From positions 128,001-192,000 of the forward strand of contig CAXBMO010000005.1 of NCBI GenBank assembly GCA_963977015.1: 64,000 nt of DNA, read 5' to 3'. Each line of letters starts with the position of its first letter. The first letter of the stretch is position 1. Of this stretch, positions 42,377 through 51,401 are shown one piece after another. The position numbers were made by a program, and so were the translations under genes. The DNA comes from an uncultured bacterium (GTDB taxonomy: Bacteria; Verrucomicrobiota; Verrucomicrobiia; Verrucomicrobiales; DEV007). Under the pieces are notes generated by a model. The model was not told where the DNA came from. It worked only from the letters and a program-made list of their open reading frames with translations, and made no database searches.

Positions 42377-43046
42377 CTTTATGCCAGCGGACGAAAAGCT
42401 GATCGAGGAAGCAGGAAAAACGGCTAGACATTACTTGGACCAGATCCTTGTGGAGCCGCTATCTGAACTTGGGCTTCTGGCCAAAGACCGGATCTCTGCG
42501 TGGCGTTTCAAGAATCAGGTTAATCAGATTCTGAAGACCAAAGAGTTTCTAGAGCAAAGAGGGGTCGATCCAATGGTACTCATCGACGGTGGCAAATTAT
42601 CTCCAGACGTAATTGTTCCAATTTTGGAAGCTGGATCAAACACAAACGACCCTGATCTCTCACACCTGTTTGCTGGGCTCCTCGCTAACGCCATCGATCC
42701 AAGTGGTAGAGAGACCGTTCATCCGAGTTTTGCGGGAGTGCTTGCCCAGATTTCAGGTCACGATGCACAAATTCTGAAAATGCTCTATGATCGAAAAAGA
42801 GCGATTCAGACCGGTAGCGAATTGTTTAGTCCCATACCATATGATGAGCTAGGTCAAACATTGGGACTAACTGGGCATGCGCTCGCGCTTGCCAACTCAA
42901 ATCTTGATCGACTGGGAATAACCCAATTGCACGGGGACTCTACCAACACAGAAATGAGCTTATCACACTTTGGAATTTCGCTCCTGATTGCTTGCCTGGG
43001 TTCGATACCGGTCAAAAACGATCGGGTGACATTGTCACCCAGCTAG
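42369..43046 (+). CDS. Abi-alpha/DUF4393-like protein
   Basis: DRISAWRFKN, VPILEAGS...DPDLSHLFAGLLANAID...VHPSFAGVLAQIS..DAQIL, NLDRLGI. Start is 42369 (overlapping the previous stop) or 42381. Confidence 0.78.
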   Translation: MPNFMPADEKLIEEAGKTARHYLDQILVEPLSELGLLAKDRISAWRFKNQVNQILKTKEFLEQRGVDPMVLIDGGKLSPDVIVPILEAGSNTNDPDLSHLFAGLLANAIDPSGRETVHPSFAGVLAQISGHDAQILKMLYDRKRAIQTGSELFSPIPYDELGQTLGLTGHALALANSNLDRLGITQLHGDSTNTEMSLSHFGISLLIACLGSIPVKNDRVTLSPS

Positions 43047-43163
43047 CGATCCATTTTATCCTAGAGATACAAATCACGATCATGCTTTTATGACACTTAT
43101 TAAACTGGGCGAAAATTCTACCAAAACCATGCTAAATTGTTGAACTTCCGGGCAATACGGCAC

Positions 43164-43193
43164 AAAACAGCCCGCCTGATTTGGGCGGGTTTT
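43164..43193. terminator. Bidirectional intrinsic terminator between the Abi-like pair and the tRNA
   Basis: AAAACAG-CCCGCC-TGATTTG-GGCGGG-TTTT. Confidence 0.65.
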
Positions 43194-43314
43194 GCATTTG
43201 GGATTCAAAAACTTCGATACCCACCGCTTGAGAGAGATCGCTGAGTTCGACATCCACTGAACCTAAATTCCCTCGCTCCCCCGCCTTCCTTTCCTCTCTC
43301 TGCGGCTTCTAATT

Positions 43315-43389
43315 TGGTAGCAGGAGGCGGATTTGAACCGCCGACCAACGGCTTATGAGTCCGCTGCTCTACCACTGAGCTATCCTGCC
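43315..43389 (-). tRNA. tRNA with CAT anticodon (probably elongator tRNA-Met; Ile2 not excluded)
   Basis: GGCAGGATAGCTCAGTGGTAGAGCAGCGGACTCATAAGCCGTTGGTCGGCGGTTCAAATCCGCCTCCTGCTACCA: 75 nt cloverleaf with encoded CCA; lacks the initiator C1:A72 mismatch. Confidence 0.95.
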
Positions 43390-43437
43390 ACAGAGGCCCG
43401 CCAATATGCGAATTTCCGAAACAAAGTCAAGCGGGAG

Positions 43438-44298
43438 TTAGAAAGCGGGTTTCAGCTCTTCCGCGAGAAGCTTTTTCATCTCCGGTGTCGCTTCGGGCCA
43501 AAGTTTTCCGTTTCCGAACGATTTCGCGTAAATGTGGACGAGGGCCTTGAGTTCGCCTTTCCGGTCTTCGTTCTTGGCCAAAATGGTGGCGGAACGGCGA
43601 ATGGCGTCTGATGCCGTGCGTCGATTCGCACCGGGGTAAGGGCCGATGACGGAGCCAAAGGCAATCACGGCTTTGTCGTCGTCGCCATTCTCATCAAGGG
43701 CCAGGCCTTTGAGATAAGAGGCTTCGTTGGCGTCTCCGGAGCCGGGTGGAACATCGCGTAGCGCTTCGTCGGCGGCCTTGACCGCCCCCGGCCAATCCTT
43801 CAGTCCCACAGCCGACCACACGCTGGCGACTTTGAAGGCGTCGCGGTCGGCGGGAGGCAATTTGTCCCACTCGATGCGATTCACGACCGGCGGAATGCCC
43901 TCCGGCTTCATCATCCGGCGATAGCAGTCGAGCAGCCGTCGATCGGCGAGTGTCGAGAAGTTGCCGATGGCTGGGTAAAACGTGGATGAATTGCGCTTCT
44001 TCGCGATGGATTCGAGTTTCAATGCGGCTTGTTCGTAATCGCGCTGGGTAAATGCCTGCATTGCTTCCGCCCATTCCGTATTGGGCGAAAATTCGACGTA
44101 GCGGATTTCATCGTGGTTGAAGCTAACCAATCCAGCCGCCGCCTGTTCCAGTTTGAAGTCGATTTTGATCCGATTGACCGAAACGACGATTCCCTGGAAA
44201 TTGCGTCCGTTCTTGAGATACGCGGTGGCGGGAACTTCCGACTGCGCAAACGCGGCGGAGGTGAACAGGCAGAGGATCAGAAAGGTGCGTGTGATCAT
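43438..44298 (-). CDS. Exported TPR-like hypothetical protein
   Basis: Signal peptide, AYLKNGRNFQG small beta domain, TPR-like helices; 4 bp overlap with the upstream gene. Confidence 0.8.
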   Translation of the reverse strand: MITRTFLILCLFTSAAFAQSEVPATAYLKNGRNFQGIVVSVNRIKIDFKLEQAAAGLVSFNHDEIRYVEFSPNTEWAEAMQAFTQRDYEQAALKLESIAKKRNSSTFYPAIGNFSTLADRRLLDCYRRMMKPEGIPPVVNRIEWDKLPPADRDAFKVASVWSAVGLKDWPGAVKAADEALRDVPPGSGDANEASYLKGLALDENGDDDKAVIAFGSVIGPYPGANRRTASDAIRRSATILAKNEDRKGELKALVHIYAKSFGNGKLWPEATPEMKKLLAEELKPAF

Positions 44299-47144
44299 TT
44301 TTGCTGGGCGGCAACATACTCATCCCGCCATTGAAAGAAGGTTGCTTTGCCCTTGTCGATGTTGGGATGCTCGAGCCCCTTCATGCGACGGAGCATGTCC
44401 TGCATCATCTTGAGGGCTTCGACGTTCCGCCCGTTGGTCCATAGAATTTCCGCTGCCCGCAGGTAGGCTTCGGTCGACCAATCCAGATGCCCCGGAAAGT
44501 TGGCGTAGACTGAAATGAAGACTTTCAGGGCTTCGTTGCGCTGGCCCCGAAGTTCGAGGCAGCGGGCGTAGTTGAAATTGGCTTCCGGACGCGATTCGTT
44601 CCAGGATTTGCTTTCGAGGTAGGTTTCCCAAAGCGACTGAGCTTCCTCATACTGTTCCTGTTTCATGAGAACCCGGGCGAGCCCCAGGGTCGCTTTCTCA
44701 TTCAATTCCGGATCGTCCAACTCGGTCATCACCCTGCGGAACTTTTCAGCCGCGTCTTTGAGACGATTGGGTTTCCCGGAATCGAAGTCGAGTGTGGCCG
44801 TGCCGATCAGCGCATACCCGAGAGCCTGACCTTCCGGTCGCTCCCGGACAATGAAATTGTAGATATCAACGGCTGCGGCCTCATTCCCCTGTTTGCCCAT
44901 GTGACTGGCGAGCTGAACCAGGGAATAGTTGCTGAGGTCATTGCCACTGCGGCGATAAAGCTGATCCAATTCAGCAAAGCGATCATTCACCGCTTCTTCG
45001 TCAACCTTGTCCGCACTTTGGAGCGCTTCGATCTGCCCCATGATCAGCCAACCATCCAACGCGGGCGAGGTGCCTTTCCCCGAAAAATTCTGAAGCGCGG
45101 AAACCACTTCGTCCAGGGTGTATTCATTGCCCAGAAACCGGATGTAGCTCTGGAACATGGAGTCGAACTCCCCGCCCGGCTGCATCGCATGTTTGACGAC
45201 CAGCTGCTCCAGCAGGGTGCGAGCCTCATCCCGGCGATCGAGCGCCACAAGGGAATCGGTCGCGGCCAGGGTCGCGTCGATGTTCCAGATATTCTCCGAG
45301 TAGTCTTTCCTGAATTCGTCGAAATAGGCGACCGCCGTCTCATGGTCCTTGGCTTCCGCGGCCGTCGCGATCAGCTGCTTCAGCGCATAGGCGGAAATGT
45401 CATCCATCCCCGCGCTCTTGCCTTCAACCCGGGCGCGCTTGTAGGAATTGACGATCGTGTCGTAGTTTTCCTCCATCGCAGCTTGGGCATCCCCTTTTAC
45501 GTTGTAGGCGCCAGGGATTTGCGGAGCCCGTGGATGATCGCCCAACAGCGTGTTGGCTCGGATCAGGGCATTGTGAGGTTCCTCAACAATCAAATAAGCC
45601 AGGCTGGCCAGATAAAGGGCGGTAGGCCGAAACGAGGAGTCGCGATAGGTGTCGCAGAACTCGTCCAACAACGGAATCGCGGACACCCATTTTGAGAGCT
45701 TCACCTTGGCCGAAGCGAGGTAAAACAGAATCGGCTCGCGGCGTTCGCTATCGGTATAGGTGTTGACGTAGTTTTCCAACTCGGGCTCGGCCGCTGCGAA
45801 GTCATTGTTGAGATACAACGTCGCCGCGGCCACAAAATCCAAACCCTCGCGTTCGGGCGTTCCCGGCGGGACATCACCCCGTGCGGAAATTGCCATCTCA
45901 TAAGCCCGATCGTAGTCACCCCGGATAAAAACGACCTCGGCGAGAACCCGCGAAATGCTGGGTTTGAGTTTGTGATCCGGAAAGTCTTCGAAGAAGCGGT
46001 TTCCGTATTCAAACGCCAGATCCCAATCCCCGAGCTGCGTCGCGCAAATCACCAGATTATGCATGAGCTGCGGAGGATCACCAAATTCAGGGTGATGATC
46101 GACCAACTGCCGATACAGCGACAACGCTGTAGAAAGACTGCCAATTTGATAATGCGCCGCAGCCATCCCGAGCAAGGAATTGGTGTGCCGCTCGTCGAGT
46201 TCCTTGACCTTCTTTTCAAGCTCCTCAATCGCGTTGTCGAGACGGCCCACAAGTTCGCGTTGATTCTCCGAAATCGCCTGCTCACGCCTCGCCACCAAAA
46301 TGGCTTTTCGTTCCTCATGCTGTGCGATGACCGGATGCGGCGGCGTCATCAGATTGTACCAGACCAACGCCTGCAGCGGATCGCCCGATCGGAGCGTCTT
46401 GGCAGCCAGGCTCGCCAAACGCGGATTCATCACTTCCAGATCCTTGGACGACCCAAACAGCGAACCGGCGTGTTGTTGCACCACGCTCATCGTTGCGTCA
46501 CCTCCCATTCCGCCGCCGGCCGCCAAAAGCGTGAAGGCGTCCTGAATCGCGTCGTCGGGAAGGTTCTCCAAGTCCAGCACTTTGCTGAGCATGGCCCGGC
46601 CCTCCGCTTCCTTCCCGGTTTTGATCAGGCACTGCGCCAGGTTCATCTCCACCGCCATGCGGTTAATCGGAGGATTGCGCTTGGGATCCTCATCGAGCGT
46701 CTTGCGGAACTTCTGTGCCGCTTCCTCGTATTTCTGCTGCGATTGAAGGATCAATCCCCATTGAAACAGCGCATGTTCGCGAAACAAGTTGGGGGCCTGC
46801 CCGTCCATGCGCCCCTCGTTCGAAAACTTGTCGTAACACGTCTGCAACGGGTCAATCGCTTCCGCGAGTTGATCCTTCTTAATGAGCAACATGCCTTTGA
46901 GGTAGTAGAAATGGCCAAAGGCCGGACCATAATTCCCGAGCCCGGATGCGCCCTCCTTTTCAAGAACCCGGTCGACCAACTTCAGCCCATTGTCGAGATC
47001 GCCGGATTCCAGCGCAGCGACGCCCGCATCATAGGCCTTCGCGAGATCGATGTTCTGGGCTTGGACGGCGCTGAACAACAACGCGGACGCCATGGCAAGG
47101 CAGCTGAAAAATCGGACTCTCATCGGTTGGTTTTGCGTCGTCAT
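44295..47144 (-). CDS. Large exported TPR-repeat protein
   Basis: 949 aa, signal peptide and many TPR-like repeats. Confidence 0.88.
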   Translation of the reverse strand: MTTQNQPMRVRFFSCLAMASALLFSAVQAQNIDLAKAYDAGVAALESGDLDNGLKLVDRVLEKEGASGLGNYGPAFGHFYYLKGMLLIKKDQLAEAIDPLQTCYDKFSNEGRMDGQAPNLFREHALFQWGLILQSQQKYEEAAQKFRKTLDEDPKRNPPINRMAVEMNLAQCLIKTGKEAEGRAMLSKVLDLENLPDDAIQDAFTLLAAGGGMGGDATMSVVQQHAGSLFGSSKDLEVMNPRLASLAAKTLRSGDPLQALVWYNLMTPPHPVIAQHEERKAILVARREQAISENQRELVGRLDNAIEELEKKVKELDERHTNSLLGMAAAHYQIGSLSTALSLYRQLVDHHPEFGDPPQLMHNLVICATQLGDWDLAFEYGNRFFEDFPDHKLKPSISRVLAEVVFIRGDYDRAYEMAISARGDVPPGTPEREGLDFVAAATLYLNNDFAAAEPELENYVNTYTDSERREPILFYLASAKVKLSKWVSAIPLLDEFCDTYRDSSFRPTALYLASLAYLIVEEPHNALIRANTLLGDHPRAPQIPGAYNVKGDAQAAMEENYDTIVNSYKRARVEGKSAGMDDISAYALKQLIATAAEAKDHETAVAYFDEFRKDYSENIWNIDATLAATDSLVALDRRDEARTLLEQLVVKHAMQPGGEFDSMFQSYIRFLGNEYTLDEVVSALQNFSGKGTSPALDGWLIMGQIEALQSADKVDEEAVNDRFAELDQLYRRSGNDLSNYSLVQLASHMGKQGNEAAAVDIYNFIVRERPEGQALGYALIGTATLDFDSGKPNRLKDAAEKFRRVMTELDDPELNEKATLGLARVLMKQEQYEEAQSLWETYLESKSWNESRPEANFNYARCLELRGQRNEALKVFISVYANFPGHLDWSTEAYLRAAEILWTNGRNVEALKMMQDMLRRMKGLEHPNIDKGKATFFQWRDEYVAAQQK

Positions 47145-47149
47145 GCGGT

Positions 47150-48100
47150 TTAGCGCTGCCCGGCTCTTCGCAGCAATTCGCCCTCGGCATAGAGGCCCCC
47201 GGTTTGCCCGGCCAGTTTCGTCAGGAACGGCTCGTAGGAGGAGCGACTGAGTTTATCGAGAACGTGCAGATTGACCTTGGTGCCGTTCCCGCGCGCCTGA
47301 GCGGTTAACTTCTCGACATAAGCTCCAATCAGCATGTCCTGGAAGTCGCTGAAAACGAAGATCGTTTTCACGTTCTTATCCATCAGGAACTGGACACCGG
47401 CGCCGAGGGAATCGGATCGGCGGTCGATAAACCAGCAGTTGGGCAGGGTTTGCAGATCCTGATCCATCTTCTTGGCTTCCGCGCTGCCGAGAAATGGAAT
47501 CCGCGCGTTGGAATCGTCGGCATCGCGGTAGCGAACCGCGGTCGGCGTTCCCTGCACATACTCAAAAATGGAGCTGTTCACACAAACGACGTTGGCGGTT
47601 CGAAACACCCGTTTGATCTCGTCCACCACGATGGGGACATAACTGTGCATCGATCCTGACACGTCGAAAACGACCCCCATGTTCCCCGCCACCTTCTGAC
47701 CAAAAAACATCGCGCCTTTTCCCATCTTCGCGCTATTGCCAAAACCGACCCCCAGGTTCCCCTGACCGAGCCCGATCGGCATGTTGTCCAGTTCCTTGAA
47801 CTCCGGCACCGCCGTCATCGCCAGGCTGGCGGATCGCAGCATCTTCGTCATGGGCGGAGCCGCGGCGGAAACCTGCTGAGCCTGCTTTTTGACGGTCTGC
47901 TTTTTGATCTTCTTCTCCTTCACATCGCTGACCGGAGCAATCTGCGCGATGATCTCCGGTTTCTTCTCGATCTTGGGAAGAATCGTGCGAATCCCGAGAA
48001 ACAGAGCGAACAGGAGATGGATTCCAATCGTTGCCAAAATCGCAATGGTCCGGGTCTGGAGCCCCTGCCCTTTCGGTTTGACTTCTTCAGTTACAAGCAT
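47150..48100 (-). CDS. Membrane-anchored protein with C-terminal vWA-like domain
   Basis: TM with conserved His (TIGIHLLF), linker, VVFDVSGSM (DxSxS MIDAS) and IFVFSDF. Confidence 0.75.
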   Translation of the reverse strand: MLVTEEVKPKGQGLQTRTIAILATIGIHLLFALFLGIRTILPKIEKKPEIIAQIAPVSDVKEKKIKKQTVKKQAQQVSAAAPPMTKMLRSASLAMTAVPEFKELDNMPIGLGQGNLGVGFGNSAKMGKGAMFFGQKVAGNMGVVFDVSGSMHSYVPIVVDEIKRVFRTANVVCVNSSIFEYVQGTPTAVRYRDADDSNARIPFLGSAEAKKMDQDLQTLPNCWFIDRRSDSLGAGVQFLMDKNVKTIFVFSDFQDMLIGAYVEKLTAQARGNGTKVNLHVLDKLSRSSYEPFLTKLAGQTGGLYAEGELLRRAGQR

Positions 48101-48126
48101 GTTGGCGTAGTGGGTTTGGCAGCATC

Positions 48127-48570
48127 CTACTGCGTAAGGCTGATGTTGTCGATTCCTGCGGCGGTGCAGGCGTTCAATACATCAATAAAACGTTGTTCAC
48201 GCGCATCGCCCTCGCAGTCGATAATGACAAAAGCCTTCGATTCCGCGACTTTGGCCGCTGCCGCATATCGGGCGAGGCGATCACTCAACTGAAAAAGCTG
48301 TCTTCCACTCGTACTCGGCTCCACCATCTCATCGTTCACATGAATCGACGAAGAGGCATCAATCCGGATCATCATTTGATCGATCTTGACCGGTTCCCCC
48401 GAAACCTGGGCCGTTCCCGGCAAAACCAGATTCAAATCCGCCTCCTCCTTCATCAAACTCGTTGCCACGATGAAGTAGATCAACAACAGGAAACCGACGT
48501 CGATCATTGGCGACATATCAATCTCCGCTTCTTCGTGGCCTCCAAAGGGATCGCTGGATTTTCGACGCAT
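48127..48570 (-). CDS. exbD: ExbD/TolR family biopolymer transport protein
   Basis: IDMSPMIDVGFLLLIYFIV. Confidence 0.93.
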   Translation of the reverse strand: MRRKSSDPFGGHEEAEIDMSPMIDVGFLLLIYFIVATSLMKEEADLNLVLPGTAQVSGEPVKIDQMMIRIDASSSIHVNDEMVEPSTSGRQLFQLSDRLARYAAAAKVAESKAFVIIDCEGDAREQRFIDVLNACTAAGIDNISLTQ

Positions 48571-48574
48571 CGGA

Positions 48575-48994
48575 TTATTCGGCTACGAAGGTTGAAAAAA
48601 TCACATCGCTAACGCCACCACGGGCCGAAGCCTGCATGACTTCCTCCACATGCTTGTGGGCGACATCTTGATCGACGCGCAAATGGAGCCTCGTCTTCGG
48701 ATTGCTTTGTTTCGCCGCCTCCATCAGACGTTGGACATCGAGAGGCTGCAAAACCTGCTCGCGAACATCGAGAATTTCGCCATCTCTTCGCACATTGATG
48801 ACGACACGCCCCTTGGCGTCCTTGGGAACGCGCGCCTCCACCGCAATCGGAATCTCGACGCCTTCAATCTGCGGCACCGTGATCATCTTCGATGCCACCA
48901 TGAAGAAAATCAGCAAGAGGAACACCAAGTCGATCATGGCCGACATGTTGACGTTCGGCTTCTCGCCGTAAATGTTCTTTCGCGAACGCGCCAT
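48575..48994 (-). CDS. exbD: ExbD/TolR family biopolymer transport protein
   Basis: NMSAMIDLVFLLLIFFMV...LRVDQ. Confidence 0.93.
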   Translation of the reverse strand: MARSRKNIYGEKPNVNMSAMIDLVFLLLIFFMVASKMITVPQIEGVEIPIAVEARVPKDAKGRVVINVRRDGEILDVREQVLQPLDVQRLMEAAKQSNPKTRLHLRVDQDVAHKHVEEVMQASARGGVSDVIFSTFVAE

Positions 48995-49012
48995 CGCTGA
49001 AAATTCGACCGA

Positions 49013-50047
49013 CTATTGCTCGGAGGAGGGTTTGTAAGGCTGCGGCTGGTAAGGTTGCGGAGCCGCCGGAGGTGGTGCGGGAGCTTCCGGTTGATAGGGC
49101 TCCGGCTGCGGTGGTGGCGCAGGTGCCGGAGTTTCGGGCTGATAGGCTTGCGGTGCCGGTTCGGCAGGAGCCTGTGCTACAGCAGCAGCGGCTGCCGGAG
49201 GAGCATCTCCGCCGGAATGTTTCGCCACGATGGCCCGCCGCAGGGTGTTCAGCAGGCGATAAGCCTCTTTGTCCGTCACGGCGACGAAGTGGGCCAGGCG
49301 ATCACGGAAATAGTAGTAAATGAAGAGCGAAGGAACTGCGATGACCAGTCCTGCAGCCGTGGTGAACAGGGCCTCCGAGATGTTCGTCGCCAGGGACGCG
49401 GGATCTCCCATCCCCTCCCCGCCAAGCTTATCGAACGCTTTGATCATACCAGAAACGGTTCCCAACAGACCAATCATGGGAGCGGACTGGGCGATGACCG
49501 AAAGGTAATTGATGGTTCGTGCTCTGCCGCGGTTAAATTCCTGGGAGGCATCGGCCATCGCATCATAAAGGCCGTTGTCATCCAAAACCTGGTAACCGCG
49601 ATCCCCGATAAACTCCGTCGCCCCCGCCATTACCTGGCCGAGACAGGTTTTGCTGCGTTCCGCCCGATCTTTCGCTCCAATCACATCACCGTGCTCCATG
49701 TCTTCACGGAGATTCTTCACCACCGGATCCGGCACAAAGTTACGCTTCCCGATATCGATGAAGCAATAAACCGACAATCCCGCGACCACGAGCGACAGAA
49801 AGATGAGCGGCCAGATAAACAAACCACCGACACCGATCAGTTTGGCGAGGAAGTTCTTGTATTCCTTCGGCTCGGTTCTGGTCTTGGTTTCGTTATCCCC
49901 GGAGTTCGACGGGGTTGGGGCGGGATTGCTCGCGGCATTCGTCACTGCAGCTGGATCATCGACCCCGGGAATCGAAAATTCATCTTGAGCCAATCCCGAG
50001 GAATTCAGGACCAACAGCGCGGCGAGCACGGAAAGGAGTTTTTGCAT
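49013..50047 (-). CDS. exbB: MotA/TolQ/ExbB proton channel protein with Pro-rich C-terminal tail
   Basis: APMIGLLGTVSGMIKAF, ISEALFTTAAGLVIAVP; start MQKLLSV. Confidence 0.93.
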   Translation of the reverse strand: MQKLLSVLAALLVLNSSGLAQDEFSIPGVDDPAAVTNAASNPAPTPSNSGDNETKTRTEPKEYKNFLAKLIGVGGLFIWPLIFLSLVVAGLSVYCFIDIGKRNFVPDPVVKNLREDMEHGDVIGAKDRAERSKTCLGQVMAGATEFIGDRGYQVLDDNGLYDAMADASQEFNRGRARTINYLSVIAQSAPMIGLLGTVSGMIKAFDKLGGEGMGDPASLATNISEALFTTAAGLVIAVPSLFIYYYFRDRLAHFVAVTDKEAYRLLNTLRRAIVAKHSGGDAPPAAAAAVAQAPAEPAPQAYQPETPAPAPPPQPEPYQPEAPAPPPAAPQPYQPQPYKPSSEQ

Positions 50048-50198
50048 AAGGGACGAGTGAAACTTTAAGCGGCAGAGAGAACCAATTCCTAGCCAAAACG
50101 TCAACGGCAAACTCAAAATCTAACCATTGTTGATTACCAGAATCTACTTTTTGAATTTTCTGTGACTATTTTGGCCTGGGATTAGTCCAAATTTTTGT

Positions 50199-50296
50199 TC
50201 GAGCCGCTGTTCATAGGCTCGGCAACCAGCAACAACAACCTCCTGGCCTGAAGGGCTTCCCGGGGACGCAGCCGGGGAGCCCTTCTTTTTTCTTTT
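50199..50296 (+). ncRNA. Candidate small RNA or leader ending in a strong intrinsic terminator
   Basis: Hairpin CGAGCC...GGCTCG, a CAACAACAACCTCC segment, and terminator GAAGGGCTTCCCGG/CCGGGGAGCCCTTC plus T-run, with no plus-strand gene upstream. Confidence 0.45.
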
Positions 50297-50531
50297 CGTT
50301 CCGGGTTCTTGGGTCTTAGAGCATTTTAAGTGAACTTGTAGCCAATGAATATGACTGGGATCGAAAAAGAGTGCGGCTTCGCCGAATGAAGAGTAACAGC
50401 GGTATCTTTGACCACCTGCTGGGTTCTTGATCGGTCACAGAGCTTGCTCTGCTCCCTCACAACGCCTTGTAGGAAGCCAAATCTCCTCGCTGCATTGGCT
50501 ACACCTCCACTTTAAATGCTCTAGTCGTCCC

Positions 50532-51398
50532 ATGAAATCCTGGCTGCTTGCCGCCCGCCCCAAAACGTTACTCGCTGGAATTGTGCCCGTTTGGCTCGGT
50601 GGAGTCCTGGCCCAGGCATTTACCGGCACGTTCAGCTGGAGCCTGGGAGGATTCACCCTGGCAAGTTGCCTTTGCATCCAGATCGCGACCAATCTGTTCA
50701 ACGACGTGATCGACTTTGAAAAGGGAGCCGACACCGAAGCACGCAAGGGAGCAACGCGCGTGACCCAAAGCGGGATGATTTCGCAACGCACGGTCTGGAT
50801 CGGAGCCTGGATCACGCTGGGCCTTGCCTGCCTGTTTGCGATTCCCCTGGTTGAAGCGCGCGGTTGGCCGATCATCGCCATTGGCATCCCGTCGCTCTAT
50901 TTTGCGTTTGGATACACCGGCGGTCCGCTCCCCCTGGCCTATCGTGGATTGGGCGAACTGTTTGTGGTGCTCTTCTTTGGGCTCGTCGCAGTCACGGGAA
51001 CCTATTTTGTGCAGACCGGGGATTGGAGCTGGCAACCGGTGGTTCTGGGACTCCAGGTTGGGATGCTTTCGACGGTCTTGATCGCGGTGAACAATTTGCG
51101 CGATATCGACGAGGATCGCGCGGCGAACAAGCGGACTCTGGCGGTCCGATTTGGGAAGAAGTTTGCGAGAGTGGAAATCGCGGTGCTCTGCTTTTTACCG
51201 ATTTTGATGGGAACGCATTGGTTTCACCATCAGGAACTGGCAACGATTTTGCCGATGCTGGTTTTAGTCCTCGGATTCGTAATCGTCAGCAAGGTTGCCA
51301 AGACCGAACCGAGTCCGGCCTACAACCAGTTTTTGGGAATGTCAGCGCTTCAGCTCCTGGTCTTCGCAACGCTCTTCTCGATTGGGATTTTGCGTTGA
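50532..51398 (+). CDS. menA: 1,4-dihydroxy-2-naphthoate polyprenyltransferase
   Basis: WLLAARPKTL, NLFNDVIDFEKGAD, YTGGPLPLAYRGLGE, NNLRDIDED..ANKRTLAVRFG. Confidence 0.96.
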   Translation: MKSWLLAARPKTLLAGIVPVWLGGVLAQAFTGTFSWSLGGFTLASCLCIQIATNLFNDVIDFEKGADTEARKGATRVTQSGMISQRTVWIGAWITLGLACLFAIPLVEARGWPIIAIGIPSLYFAFGYTGGPLPLAYRGLGELFVVLFFGLVAVTGTYFVQTGDWSWQPVVLGLQVGMLSTVLIAVNNLRDIDEDRAANKRTLAVRFGKKFARVEIAVLCFLPILMGTHWFHHQELATILPMLVLVLGFVIVSKVAKTEPSPAYNQFLGMSALQLLVFATLFSIGILR

Positions 51399-51401
51399 GC
51401 G

